Assembly: GCA_030390025.1 (NCBI GenBank)
Contig: CM059431.1
Span: 122,576,001 to 122,640,000, forward strand
DNA from: Squalus acanthias
Lineage: Eukaryota
Direction of reading: 5' to 3'
DNA: 64,000 bases
Shown: in pieces, positions 24,801 to 38,339 of the stretch
Layout: every line of letters begins with the position of its first letter
Numbering within the stretch: the stretch's first letter is position 1
The notes under the pieces: model-generated
Told to the model about the DNA's origin: nothing
Databases searched by the model: none
Seen by the model: the letters and a program-made list of their open reading frames with translations, nothing else
Made by a program: the position numbers and the translations under genes

Positions 24801-26627
24801 AATGCCTGAAACAGGTTAATTATAGGGGGAGCTCATGAGATAGATTTATTTGAAGCAACATGAAATTAAAATGATGCAGGGATGCATAAGAAACTGGATT
24901 GAACATTATTCTGATCCACAAAGAGAATGTTGGATCCATCAGCATTGGTGAAGAAAAAAGCTAAGTTAGAATTTTGGATGTGGAACCCTTTTAAGACTCA
25001 ATCATTAAAGCAGCACAAGTGGACTTTTCCACCTAAGATCAGCCTAAGATGATGGGATAAAAGTTTCTTGTCAAATGACTGCTACAGTTCTACATGTTCT
25101 ACAGTTCTCAATTAAAAGCCATTTCAACTGGACCAGGGTTCATAGCACAAACTACCCATAATTTTGATGAAAATTGGATTACCTCACTCGAGGAGTGCGT
25201 GAGGTGTTTTAGCCTACTCTTAATTCAAAATTACTTACTTCAAATGATTGGATAATTCAAAACCTTTCGTGATAAATTGACTATTATTGGGCACTGACTG
25301 TCTTAAAAATGAAATATGTCAGCTGTTTGTCTGGCTCACTGAGTTTCTGCAGTAAGGAGCTGATTTCATTCTGAGTCAGAGTTTGATTTCCAAGTTAAAT
25401 AGCCTGATGAATGTTACTGCCGATATTAACTGTAATTTACACGGCGCTTATTGGGCGAGGTTCCAGAGGACAACTGGTGCTCTGGAACTGTCACTCAACA
25501 AGGGGTCAGTCAACACCTTCAGAAAAGAAAGGAAGGAGAGAAAATTGATGAGGGAAAGAAGGAAACAATTTCACACTTGGGCAGCAGGGGTTGTTCTTAT
25601 ACATTTGGTGTTGAGGCATGTTGTTGTACCTGACTTTGGAGTTCTTGATGCAGCTACTGGCTGTCAAAAGCATGTGAATACTTTATCACCCGGAATTGAC
25701 ATCACTTACCTCATTAAGCAGACCAAAAAAAAACAAATATTCAAAAAAAATGTTTTTTAAAAGAATTTGATTTGGTTTGTGTGTCATGTTGCAAAAATAT
25801 GTATTTTTTGCATTTGGTTGCTTTCCATTTTTAATATTGAATACTGTGACAATGCATAACATTTTGTATTTATGCAAATAAGCTGCAGTGGCTATTCTGT
25901 TATTCACTTTGTAGTTAATCATTCACAATCTACAAGCTATTAAAACCATTTTTCCATGTGATGAATGTCTTGAGCATCATATAAAAGCTAGTTCGGCGCT
26001 TTGATTCCCATTGTTACCCATAGACTTCAAATAAATTATGGGTGATATATGTCCTGAGTGAGGTGTAAAAAGAGAATATGGAGTTTCATCTATCTATGAA
26101 TTATGCCCTACCGATGTCTGTGAAAGCAACTATAACATTTAGTTTTTACAACATTGGTGCATTGCAACTCTTAAGCTTGACTATTGCCACTGCAGTCATT
26201 AATCATTCTTCTGTGTCGAGGTGTTTCAGGTCACTGCAACTTTGCTTAGGACAGTTGACCACTACATTTCCTTATCAGTAACTTCACAGCAGCACAGAGC
26301 CAAACAGGAGTTATTTCAGACTGAAAGGTCCCCGGGTATCTTGAGCGCCAACAATTGGACAAAAGTCCCTTTGCCGACACTAGCAACAAATGAAGACATT
26401 TTTAGAAGCAGGGAAGGATCTCATATGGTGAATGCGTAGGTGGTATGGCATTCATGCACAGGATATTATTACGATGGTTCAGTGTATTCATGGTTGTTAC
26501 CTAAGGACATAGGAACAGGAGTAGGTCATTCAGCCCCTTGAACCTGTTCCGCCATTCAATTAGATTATAGCTTATCTGTACCCCAACATTACTTAACCAC
26601 CTTTGTTCCGTATCCCCTTGAGACACT

Positions 26628-27150
26628 TTTTTTTAATTCGCTTATGGGATCTGGGCGTCGCTGGCAAGGCCAGCATTTATTGCCCATCCCTAGTTGCCCT
26701 TGAGAAGGTGATGGTGAGCCACCTTCTTCAACCGCTGCAGTCCATGTGGTGAAGGTACTCCCACAGTACTGTTAAGTCGGGAGTTCCATGATTTTGACCC
26801 AGCGACGATGAAGGATCGGCGATATACTTCTAAGTCAGGATGGTGTGTGACTTGGAGGGAAACTTGGAGGTGGTGGTGTTCCCATATGCCTGCTGCCCTT
26901 GTCCTTCTAGGTGGAAGAGGTCGCGGGTTTGGGAGGTGCTGCCGAAGAAGCCTTGGTGAGTTGCTGCAGTGCATCTTGCAGATGGTACACAATGCAGCCA
27001 CGGTACGCCAGTGGTGGAGGGACTGAATGTTTAAGGTGGTGGATGGGGTGCCAATCAAACGGGCTGCTTTGTCCTGGATGGTGTCGAGCTTCTTAAGTGT
27101 TGTTGCAGCTGCACTCATCCAGGCAAGTAGAGAGTATTCTATCACACTTC
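26628..27150 (-). mobile_element. HER1-like (CR1 clade) LINE 3' fragment
   Basis: EYSLLAWMSAAATTLKKLDTIQDKAARLIG...HHHLLKGN; same family as 29566-30630 and 62650-63037. Confidence 0.85.
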
Positions 27151-27173
27151 TTACTTACCTAACAAAAGTCTAT

Positions 27174-28063
27174 GGGGGAAAAATTTGGTTGCTTTGCGCC
27201 TCCCTTTAGCGCCCAGAGAGGGCACTAATGGGGCGCAAAGCAACTAGCACCCGGGCGCAGCGATGTTTGCGCCGCTCATGAAATTGACCAGACATTTTGC
27301 GGCGGCGCTAAACACTACCGCCACAATCTCCTGCGCCCGCAGATCGTGACGTCAGTCGAGCGTGCTACGCCCCAGTAGCGCCCCGGACCGGATATTGAGT
27401 GGCAGCCCCTGCCTTACCGCCTGCCGCTAGCAACGACAGGTTGAGGGGAGCGTTTTGCAGTCGGGAAGGGTCTGGGGGAGCGCTATTTAAAGGCGACCGC
27501 TTCCTGCCTTTTTTCATCGGCGACATTTTTGCACCATGCATTCTGAGAGAGAGAGAGACGTCTGGAGAGATTCAATGCTGTGTGAAGGAGTTTTGGGTAC
27601 TGAGCAGCACTTTGCAGGTTCATTTTGATTTGAACTTCCTTGCATCGATTTAGAAGAGACTAGGGTGGCTGCACTCTGAGCTCTTTCCCTGGTACTCTCC
27701 ATTGTTCTTTCCAGCAGATTTGATGAACAGGTCTCTCCAGGCCGAGATTCAAGGCTGCAATGAGCAGGGTGTGGATGGAGAGCAAGATCGACCCTCCCCT
27801 TTAAGAACTGGCCAGTGCCAGTGTGTCTGTGTTCCATTGCTGACTGACATCACATGAGCTTCGCCAGTGCTCTGAGGTAACGCCTCGCTCCTCGGCGTTA
27901 GCGCCTTAAGACAGGTGTGTAGCGCCTGATTTAGCGCTCCAATCACCTCCAGGGGCGATAGAAGCCTAGTTTGCAGTCAGAGGCGATAATTAATGCCAGG
28001 CGCTAAACTTTGCGCCCGGCCGATAATTGCGCCCCAAACGGGGCGATACCGAATTTCTCCCCC
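27174..28063. mobile_element. Harbinger-type MITE related to family A
   Basis: GGGGGAAAAATTTGGT / ACCGAATTTCTCCCCC; TSD TAT (27171-73, 28064-66). Confidence 0.88.
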
Positions 28064-29139
28064 TATCAATCTAACCAGCCTTTGGGGGGGAAAGTGCCAG
28101 AGTTCCATTACCCTTTGTGTGAAAAAATGTTTTTTGATTTCACTTCTACATGGCCTAGCTCTAATTTAAAAATGATGCTCTCTTGTTCTGAATTCCCCTA
28201 TCATAGAAAATAGCTGCTCGCTATCTAGCCTATCGAATCCCATTATCATTTTGAACACTTTGATTAGATTACCCCTCAACCTTTTAAATGCAAGACCATG
28301 TTTATGCAACCTGTCTTCATCGTTAACCCTGGCAACATTCTGATAAATCTGTGCTCTCCTCCTTCCCCGGCCAATATATCTAACCTGAGAGTTTGACCAA
28401 GGCTCTGCACAACTGAAGCATCGCTTCCTCACTTTTGAATTCCAACCCCCTTGAGATCACTACCAACATTCCATTAGCCTTTTTAATTAGTTTTTGTACC
28501 AGGTTATTTATTTGTACCAGTGTTAAAGGGTGCCATCTGTAGCTCTGCCCCCACAACTCCTTTGCCAGGCCTCTAGATTCCAGCAGAAGCCAACAACACA
28601 TAAAACCAGGTGGCAAAAACTCATCTTGTCACTCACTGTGTGTAGTGACATTGTAAATTTGTTTGTGAAGATTTTATTTGGTAAATCGAGCAAGAGCATA
28701 AATGTGTTATTTTGTTACAACATGTTTAAGATATCGCCAGCAACAGCAAACAGTGAAAGTCTTCCCAAATACATTTTTAGGTTTGTTAAACAAAACAATT
28801 AAAGAAATCATTAACCACACACGATTAATAGTTGAAAACCAATTTAGAATTCCAAAAATCATTGTACTGTTATTTAGATTTATAAGGTTGTCTAATACAA
28901 AGTCTTACAAAAGGTAAACATTAAACTCATGGAAACACATTAAGTTAGATTTTTTAAATCCAGTTTAACTGGAGATAGGGTAAGTTTTATGAAGTGATAC
29001 CTTCAGCACAGAGCCGGCTTGATGTCAGGGCAGAGAAAACAATGTAAAAAATTGGAGTGCTTCGAATTGGGCACCCTGATCTCCACACCTGGTTGTCTTA
29101 TCTGCCCTCCTATTCTGGGAACACTAACCCAACATAATG

Positions 29140-29352
29140 TGCAGTAGCATTATAGTGATGGTACTGGACTAGCAACTCTGAGGTTGTGAGCTCAAATCTC
29201 ATCAGGGAAGTTATGAAATTGAATTCAATAAATCTGGCAGATTTTAGAGCAGCACCAGAAAAGTGATAGTGTAAAAACTTAACAGATTTACTAATATCCA
29301 TCTGGAAAGGGAGCCTGGCACCCATACCTGCTCTGGCCTATCTGTAACTCCA
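29140..29352 (+). mobile_element. HE1-like SINE fragment
   Basis: GTAGCATTATAGTGATGGTACTGGACTAGCAACTCTGAGG head and CTGGCCTATCTGTAACTCCA body. Confidence 0.55.
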
Positions 29353-29565
29353 ATTTAAAAAATGCTCTATAATCCCAACCTAACAGAACATACTCAATTA
29401 TCAACTAAATCTATTTGCATGGAGCCTTAACATATCTCTTGGAAACATCCCAATGTAGATAATACAAATTCAGGCGTGCCGGTGATGTCTTCTTAGGTTC
29501 AGATATGTCAGTTACTCCCATGAGCAGACTGAACATCTTATTTTTTATGAGAGTCCACTCAGTGT

Positions 29566-30630
29566 GATTGACCTTCAACCACCACAAAGGAAGATGGTTG
29601 TGGTGGTTGAAGGTCAATCATCACAGCCCCAGGACATCGCTGCAGGAGTTCCTCAGGGCAGTGTCCTAGGCCCAACCATCTTCAGCTGCTTCATCAATGA
29701 CCTTCCCTCCAACATAAGGTCAGAAATGGGGATGTTCGCTGATGACTGCAGTGTTCAGCGCCATTCACAACTCCTCAGATAAAGAAGCAGTCCATGCCCG
29801 CATGCAACAAGACCTGGAAGACATTCACGCTTGGGATGATAAGTGGCAGGTAACATTCGCGCCACAGAAGTGCCAGACAATGACTATCTCCAACAAGTGG
29901 GAGTCTAACCACCTCCCCTTGACATTCAACAGAATTACCATCGCCAAATCCCCCACCATCAACATCCTGTGAGTCACCATTGACCAGAAACTTAACTGGA
30001 CCAGCCACATAAATACTGTGGCAACAAGAGCAGGTCAGTGGCTAGGTATTCTGTGGCGAGTGTCTCACCTCCTGACTCCCCAAAGCCTTTCCACCATCTA
30101 CAAGACACAAGTAAGGAGCGTGATAGAATACTCTCCACTTGCCTGGATAAGTGCAGCTCCAACAGCACTCAAGAAGCTCAACACCATCCAGGACAAAGCA
30201 GCCTGCTTGATTGACACCCCATCCACCACCTTAAACATTCACTCCCTCCACCACCGACGTACCATGTTTGCAGTGTGTACCACCTACAAGATGCACTGCA
30301 GCAACTCGCCAAGGCTTCTTTGGCAGCACCTCCCAAACCTCTTCCACCTAGAAGGACAAGGGCAGCAGGCGCATGGGAACACCGCCACCTCCAAGTTCCC
30401 CTCCAAGTCACACACCATCCTGACTTAGAAGTATATCGCCGTTCCTTCATCGTCGCTGGGTCAAAATCCTGGAACTCCCTACCTAACAGCACTATGGGAG
30501 TATCTTCACCACACGGACTGCAGCGGTTCAAGAAGGCAGCTCACCACCACCTTCTCAAGGGCAATTAGGGATGGGCAATAAATGCTGGCCTTGCCAGCGA
30601 CGCCCACATCACACAAACAAATAAAAAAAT
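29566..30630 (+). mobile_element. 5'-truncated HER1-like LINE (RT C-terminus and 3' tail)
   Basis: [20 protein letters not shown] and MFADD motifs; frameshifts and stops; tail GGGCAATAAATGCTGGCC...A-rich. Confidence 0.9.
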
Positions 30631-31599
30631 TTCTGCCATACAATAGTGTAACCCAGGGGTGAAATAATAGCACCCCTTTGTGTCCCAAACTGGATATTCG
30701 TATCTTTTGCACATGTACTTTTTCAATCTCTCCAAAAACAGACTGAGCAAGCATTTAGTGAGATGTGGCTTCATATGAATTTATAAGCTGCTTTATTTCA
30801 GAGTAAGGTGAACATACAGAACAGAAGTTATGATTGGACTAATTGAATTAAATGAGAATAAGGTATCTTTGCCTAATGTTACACCACACTTCCCCACATT
30901 GGTAGGCTATCTGACTTGATTTAAATAGAATTACCCCCCTGCATTGTAGCTTTCATGTCGTCTTTAATGGGCCTATCTACTTTGCAGCTTTCAGTTCCAA
31001 CTACCTCACTGACTGTGCAGCATCCTATTTCAAAAACCTCCTTGATTGTTGGTGCCTGTTTGTCTCTGCCATTTTTATCTCTGGCCTTTAATAGTCAGAA
31101 AAAGAACACCTGGTGGATCCTCTACAAGCACCTGGGACCAGTAACTCTCTGACACTATGGTTGTAAGGAGTATATTGATTATCAAGACAAGCTAATGACC
31201 TGCTCATTATCCACAATCCATGGGAAAACAACATCAAAGCTAGCTTATTCGCATCTTAACTATTTTTCATCTCAGAGCCTTTTTTATTAGCTTCTGCAAG
31301 TATACATTGCTATTAAAAAAACATTAAAGATAACCCTTTTTTCAAATCCTTTAAGTGACAAAAATGATCAAAAGGTCTGAAATGTGGCAGCACATGATAG
31401 CAGGTTGTGTTGGGTAAGCCTCCAAGAATGGGCCCAAATGGCTTGGTATTTCTTCAGTTCAAGAAGGAGCCCAAACATCACTTGTTCTGATTGGATATGT
31501 CCCACGTGAACTTCACATATAGCCATATGTTTTGTTTCAGGGAGGGTCGCACTGCACCACAGAGGGACAACCCACCTTCTTGCAGTAGATAGTGAGAGT

Positions 31600-32560
31600 T
31601 CTGCTAGCCTGCTCACTACAGTTCACTTTTACTGTCCAGTGGTTATGCGCAACGAGCTAGGTCCTCTGGGATGGCAAAGCTGATCGTAGCTCTTGCGCTC
31701 TCTCAGACAGTCTAAATGAAGGGGCATTACCAGAATATTTGCAGGAAAGGTATCTTCTGGCTACAACACCTCCAGCAGTTACCTGATGCAGGAACGGAAG
31801 TTGTGGAGCTTTTGTGGGGTGCAGAATATGCTCTTTAATTGGCCTGTGTGCATATTGTTGGATTGCCTAGGTCTCATTCCAAGTTTTTCCTCAGGTTTTC
31901 TGTTCTGGCTTTAGTTTTGGAGGTCAGCACGGTGCACAGTGTTTACAGAAGTCTGTTGGGGCATGTAGGAAGAGCTCCAGAGAGGACTGCTCACACTGAA
32001 GTCTGAAAAGTATTGCAGAGTTCTGGAGGCAACAGTTTATTTGTAGATATCAGTACTGGTCATGCTGAGCAGGGTAATATATATTGGCTAATCAGTATAA
32101 TCTGACTCTTATGGAAGATCTGGCCTAATCTGAGACTCACTTTCTTGTGTCAGGCTCTGATTCTGCCTGAGTAGAGACATCCTGGAAGATCCCCATTGTA
32201 GCAGATTGGGGAAAGGCTTGATAGTTGTATCTTCAAGGGTGACACACACCTCCACCCAGACTGTGCAGGTTTCAGCAACAATGAGGTGTTGCTGGATCTC
32301 AGAGTGTGTGTGAATGTTTAGTGGTACAGGGGGTTGACAAGAAGGTCTCCATTTTCAGTCATGAGTTTTGCTGGGAGGCTAGGGACCAGGCCACAATCAC
32401 ATGAATTGAAATTTACCAGCAAAAGCATCTGAAATTTGGGTGGTAAAGTTGCCCCTCTTTTGGAAGCTGACAGTGCTTGAGGCATATTTGAGGAAATTTC
32501 AGGTATAAGTGCCCAGTGCACAGATAGAGGTGGCAGGGGAGAATAATCATATTTATTGTC
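31600..32560 (-). mobile_element. Ancient L1-clade ORF2 C-terminal relic
   Basis: Manual minus-strand translation gives IFCTPQKLH, then after a frameshift NCWRCCSQKIPFLQIFW*CP (CCHC knuckle-like, about 31720-31830); WExDLG-like and GGLxLPNF-like remnants lie upstream. Confidence 0.6.
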
Positions 32561-32987
32561 GTCACACTGCCCAGCAGTGAAATGGCCAGGTTATCCAGCT
32601 AGCTAAGTTGGCTACATACTGGTTGGGTGGGCGTACATGATGCCAAGTTTCGGTGTGACACGTACACAAAGGTCCCTAAAGCCAGACCCTGAACATGCAA
32701 AGGAGCAGGACTCCCATATTTCTATGTGAACATCCTATGTGAGAGAAATGCCCACATAATTTACCATATTCTTTGATGCTTTGAAATTTTTTTCTGCTAT
32801 TAATGATCTTGTTGATCAGAGAGTTAACTTCTTTGGCCTTGCTTCCTCTTTATGAAGGAATTACTACTCAAGATCATGTTTGTGCTGTATTCTAGTGGGG
32901 AAATCAGCAGCACTATTGATACGATCCTGTTATTATGTCTCCATGCATTATTAACATAGACTTCTTTTAAATTTACAAACGAGGTAT

Positions 32988-33738
32988 TGTAAGAAATAGT
33001 GGTCCTATAGAATCATAAGAAATAGGCTTCTCTAGTTAAGGGAAGTTCTTCATCAGTCTGCCTGAGCTGACACAGAACAATGTTAATCATGTTAGATAAG
33101 CGTTTTCACAAGGGCTCGTTATGAGGCCAAGGACATAATGTAGAACAGGCCTTTGTGTAGGCATTACTGGGTCTGATAAGAGGTTGGGGAAGGAGCCTTA
33201 TCATCAGCGTATCTAAAACAAACTATCTGGGGGAACGTAACAAGATGTCCATACAAGAGATAAGTGAAAGAATGATCTCATGGGACTGGAGCCTAGGTTA
33301 GGAGGGGTCCGCCTTGGGTATCTATTCCCCTGTAGTTGAACAATGGAATCGGTAAATGTAATTAAACAAATGGTTGACGTGAGGTATCCACCGGCCCCTA
33401 AAATAAGATACATAAACGGGCAGTCGAGAAGGGAAAGAAGGGCAGGTGGAGGAGAACTACCCGAGGTGGATCCATGCTAGCTTCGGCTTAACACCTCAGC
33501 CAGCTTGAGAGACGACCGAAGAAGAAATCGTTACCACAGGCTGCAAAGATCAAGTCGTCCTGCCTCATCTGTCTGCCCATCCGATCCGGGCCCGGTAAAC
33601 AGTTCTCACCTGTTACGGGTCGTATGTCTACTCTGTCTATCCTGATTATGTGTTGAATTTGAACCGTCGTTCCTCAATAAACCGCTTGTGACTCCTTGAC
33701 CCTTTTGTGTAATTTGTGACCCTTGATCAAATCTTACA
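32988..33738 (+). mobile_element. Solo LTR (751 bp), Gypsy or ERV type
   Basis: Terminal inverted TGTAAGA...TCTTACA; perfect 4-bp TSD GTAT (32984-87, 33739-42); AATAAA at about 33676. Confidence 0.88.
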
Positions 33739-34934
33739 GTATGATTGCCTGATGTAAAGCATTCCTTTGAATAACCCATGAAACAGTGCAGAATAGTTAT
33801 CTTGGATCACTTCACAACATCAGGAAAGTGTAAAATGCCTGGCACTCCAAAACACCATCAGGAAGTGCAATAGCTGAATCCTGCCCAATGTGTCAAACTG
33901 TAAATCATAAATAACTCATTCTAACCACAGCAGAAAATGAATTATTTGTAGCCTGCTGTTCGAACACAGAGGTGTGATGCTGTCACGCTTTGGTCTGGAT
34001 CAGACAAAGAACTGCAGTTTGTTAAACTCATTAAAAGGCCAGATTCCACTGAGAGACATGTTTATCAAAACCTCGCACTCAGACCCGACAACATTTGCAT
34101 TGCATTCCCGTTGTATCACAACTCCATCTACTGGTTCATTCAGCTGGATTATCACTTCAATTAAAGAATTCCCAGCAGGGGGGCTGAGCTGGTACGCTGC
34201 AGAAAATTAAATTCAGCAGTTCAAGGATTTTCTTCCGAATGAAATGAGTTATGCATTACCAGAGGATTTTACTCATTGGAGGTAAGAGGAAGGGATTGAA
34301 GCTGCTCTGCTGGCTTTCATAACAAACATTTCCCCATACATTTTAACAGCATCAGGAGCACAGTAACTCCAGTGCTAGGAAAATAACATTAACAGCTGTT
34401 TCGCTGAAGGCACAGCCCGGCACGCACACCAAGTGCACTGGTACAATTTAAAGCAAGAACAAGAGGCTCGTGTCAACTATCAACAGTGACATTTTATTTT
34501 AGTATTTTTACAGCACACTGAATTAATAACGTCATTTCAAAAGTTCATTGTTTATTGTACTGTTGGTGGGGAACCTTGCCTGCTGGGAGCACGTACTGGC
34601 ATTGCGAGCACATGGTCCCCATGTCTTCTGACCTGGAAAATCATGCTGAAAGCCCACCGAAGTCCCCAATTTGTGATCTCAGTGGATTAGGCACCCTGTC
34701 AGGTGTGGAAATTCATAAGATTACTCCTAATAAGTCAAATTCCATTTTTATTATATGGGATTCCAGGATTTGTGTGTGTGTTTTGGGAATTAATTTCCAT
34801 GATTCCATCCATTTAAAATCACCAAAAGTGATTTACAATGACTGAACAAGTCAAGTTCCGATTTTATCGGATACGAAACTGTGGCACACTATTTTGTAGC
34901 GTTGTGCACAGATCCTCTCATGCACTGTATCGTA

Positions 34935-35755
34935 GGCCGCGATTTTGCCGGCGCTCAGAGGGCAGGTTTGGAGGTGGGTCAGAGGTTAAAGTCCTTTTGA
35001 TTGACGGCGGGTCCCGATCCCACCGTCAACCAGCCTCCAAACAACCTTCCCAAGTGTCGGGTCCCCGATTTGTGAATGGACCCGACACCTAGCAGCGGGA
35101 AATGGATTAAAGGCAATTACCTGCCTATTAACAGGTACTTGTCAGTAGTTTTCAGCCTGTTTTTTGATTTTCCCACTTCTGGGTCGGGTTTGATGACATC
35201 CGGACACCACGCCAGGTAAGTGTGGCGCGTTGTGAGTCTGGTGTAATGTTTGTGAAAAGATGACAGCTGCAGAAGTGGTGTGAAGGATCCAATGTTGCAC
35301 ATGGTGAGTTTCAGAGCAAAGAATTTGTTGGTTACTGCATTTTTAAAACATATGCAGATTTCTTTAGCTTACAAGTTTTTAAATCCAACTATATGTCCAG
35401 TGCCACCTCATTGGGAGAACCTCTCTCACCAGTGACAGATCGCTTCTCTCATCGCTTCTGTCATCTCACCTGCAGCTGCCATCTATTCCAGTATATGGAG
35501 GGAGTCATTGGAGAGCCTGGGTGCAAGAGTTTACCAGTGTGCAGTGATTGTCAGTGTTTTCAGTACCTCAATGCTGTCAAACACTGAGAAATCAACTGTC
35601 AAAATAAAATTGTGCATGGTCTCTTTAAGGACGGGCTTAACAAGGCCAATCAAGGGAAAATCATGTCTGTGGAGTGGAGCCAGCTGGGGGTGGGGCCGGA
35701 ACCCGGAAACCAGCTGACCCGCACTCATCCCGACACCGAACAGAAAATCATGGCC
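34935..35755. mobile_element. Harbinger-type MITE, family B
   Basis: TIR GGCCGCGATTTT / AAAATCATGGCC; TSD GTA; paralog of 14065-14946. Confidence 0.9.
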
Positions 35756-35839
35756 GTAGTATCTGCCCAGTTCAATTAAATTACATTTGCAATGGATACG
35801 GTTCTATGGCGATGAAATCCATTTTACCTTGAAAACTGC

Positions 35840-37525
35840 AGCCTGAATTTTAATACTTTGGCAGGTTCGGAGCGGAGGGGGTCTGGGGGGGTGGGGGGGT
35901 GGCTCAGAAATGGTCAGAAAACAAGGGAGAATGGATTTCCCGCAGGCCCTGCTGAATTTAATGGCAGGGCCTGGTTTGCATTTGAAAGCTCTGTTTCCCA
36001 CCCACAGCCAGTCAGATGGAGAGACTGGCTGGCTGCGATAGGTAGACCTGTGGCACATAGAGGAAGGAGGAAGGTATTGCCCGCGGGCTGGGGGATGATT
36101 GGAGGGGGAGGGGGCTGGAAAAGCACAGGGTTTGGCGGGAAGTTCCGGAGAATGATCGGAGGAGTGGAGGTCGCGGGGGGGTGGGGGGGGTGCGGGGGAG
36201 CCTGAGAATGATCGGAGGGCTGGAGGAGCGGGGGTGGGGGAGTTACAGAGAGTGATCGGAGGAGTGGGGGATGGGGTCCAGAGAATGATCAGAGGAGTGG
36301 GGGAAGGGGTCCAGAGAATGATCAAAGGAGTGGGGGATGGGGTCCAGAGAATGATCAGAGGAGTGGGGGATGGGGTCCAGAGAATGATCAGAGGAGTGGG
36401 GGATGGGGTCCAGAGAATGATCAAAGGAGTGGGGGATGGGGTCCAGAGAATGATCGGAGGAGTGGGGGATGGGGTCCAGAGAATGATCAGAGGAGTGGGG
36501 GATGGGGTCCAGAGAATGATCAAAGGAGTGGGGGATGGGGTCCAGAGAATGATCGGAGGAGTGGGGGATGGGGTCCAGAGAATGATCGGAGGAGTGGGGG
36601 ATGGGGTCCAGAGAATGATCGGGGGAGTGGGGGATGGGGTCCAGAGAATGATCGGAGGAGTGGGGGATGGGGTCCAGAGAATGATCGGAGGAGTGGGGGA
36701 TGGGGTCCAGAGAATGATCGGGGGAGTGGGGGATGGGGTCCAGAGAATGATCGGGGGAGTGGGGGATGGGGTCCAGAGAATGATCGGAGGAGTGGGGGAT
36801 GGGGTCCAGAGAATGATCGGAGAGCCGGAGCAGCACAGTTGGTTTCCGGAGAATGATCAGAGGAGCGAGGGTCTGGAAAATGATCGGGGGGGGGGCCAGA
36901 GGAGCACCGTGGGGGGGGGACGGGCGGGATCCAGAGAATGATCGGAGGGGCATTAGAGCGGGGTGGTGGGGAGGGGGGGGGGAAGGCAGATGAAATCAGA
37001 GGTCCGGAGGAGCGGGGGGGTGGTGGGGCACAGACGACATCAGGGCGCCGCAGGAGCATGGGGGCGGGGGGGTGGGGGGAGGCAGACATCATCGGTGGGC
37101 CAGAGAAGCATGGGGTTGGGAGGCCTTATGGCAGGAATTGGAGGCCGGAAGGGAAATTAGAGGTCTCGTGGAGGTGGTGTCCAATCACGGGGAGTGGGTT
37201 AGGTAGCAATGCTGGATCCAGGAGGTACGTGTAAAGGCACATACCTCCTGGATCCAGCAGTCCTCGCCTTCCATTAGCTGGCGGGTTTCATGAGGCCTGC
37301 AAAACCCAACCAGCCACTGTTAAATTTAAAATGGTGGTTAAATCTGAGGCATGCCAGCCTCATTATAATATTTAAATGGACGACGCACCTCCTGAGCGTG
37401 GGTTGGCTGCCCGCCCCCGTCCCGCCTCCCTTAAACCTGAAAGTGGGCAGGTTGGAGGGGGGTTCTGGTCAGGATTCAGATTTTTAACACATTAACTTCC
37501 CACCTGTTATGTTAAAATTATCCCC
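35840..37525. mobile_element. MITE family F carrying a 33-bp minisatellite
   Basis: CTGAATTTTAA / TTAAAATTATCCCC ends; both arms similar to 17007-18740. Confidence 0.75.
36252..36820. repeat. 33-bp minisatellite, 17 copies
   Basis: Unit ATGATCGGAGGAGTGGGGGATGGGGTCCAGAGA; copies counted directly. Confidence 0.97.
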
Positions 37526-38339
37526 TGTAAGTCAGTAGCCTTATCCATTACAAATGTGATTCCCAACTCTACAGAATAGGGTGCCACATTTTCACATCAG
37601 TTTTCCCCGCACTGAACCTTGATTTGAGCTGTGGAAAGAGGCCGAACGTAAGTCAGATAAACTCCACAGGTGTGGGAGGAGTGGGAATTCGGAAGGAGAA
37701 CAGCGCCTACACGCTTCCTAATAGTAGACTTTCAGCAGCATTGATAAAGGTGTCAGAGCAAAATATCCACCTCCCTTCTCAGTCATACTTGGTGCGTGGC
37801 TGAGACAGACAAAGGAAAAATGGAAAGAAAATAATGTGAAAATGAAGGGATTTTAGCTTGATATGCCTAACAATCTTAGGAAAGAATAAATAAGATAACA
37901 AACAAATCATTAGTAACTTGCATAACTAAGTAGTTGCCTCATATCAGACTTTCCTCTATATTGTTACAGACACAAAAAAAATCCCACTTCAGAAATGGTA
38001 AATATTCTAAATATTCTAGCAGAGCATTCTCAATAACTGTGATGATAGTAAAACCAAAGTGCGATTCATTCCAAACAAATTGATATGAGAAACAGAGATA
38101 GACACATCCTTGGTGGAACTTTTAATTTGAAATGGAAATGAGTAGATGTTTATGTTGGAATCAGAATAATTTATAAACAGACTTGCTCACCTTATTTTAC
38201 TTTAACACGAGGTAGCTGAGTGATGCCGAACTACTTCTCAGTCTGCTCAATGTACTACATTATTATACCATGGAATAAAATAGTACACATGAGTTGGGAT
38301 TTCAATTCGAGAGTTTTTCCCCCAGTTATTTCCGTTCCT

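Larger units (their letters stand above)
26503..28500 (-). mobile_element. CR1 LINE 3' portion, interrupted by a HER1-like fragment and a MITE
   Basis: 3' tail at 26503-26625; RT C-terminal remnants KKANGML...EFKSEEAMLQLCRALV and RLRGNLIKVFKMIMGFDRLD at 28166-28500. Confidence 0.75.

Noticed and set aside
25383..25760. 125-aa ORF in unique DNA
   Set aside because: Non-ATG start, low-complexity A-rich parts, no recognisable domain.
36234..37092. 190-239 aa ORFs with 11-aa repeats; CRISPR-like regularity
   Set aside because: Artefacts of a 33-bp tandem repeat; no unique spacers and no cas genes.
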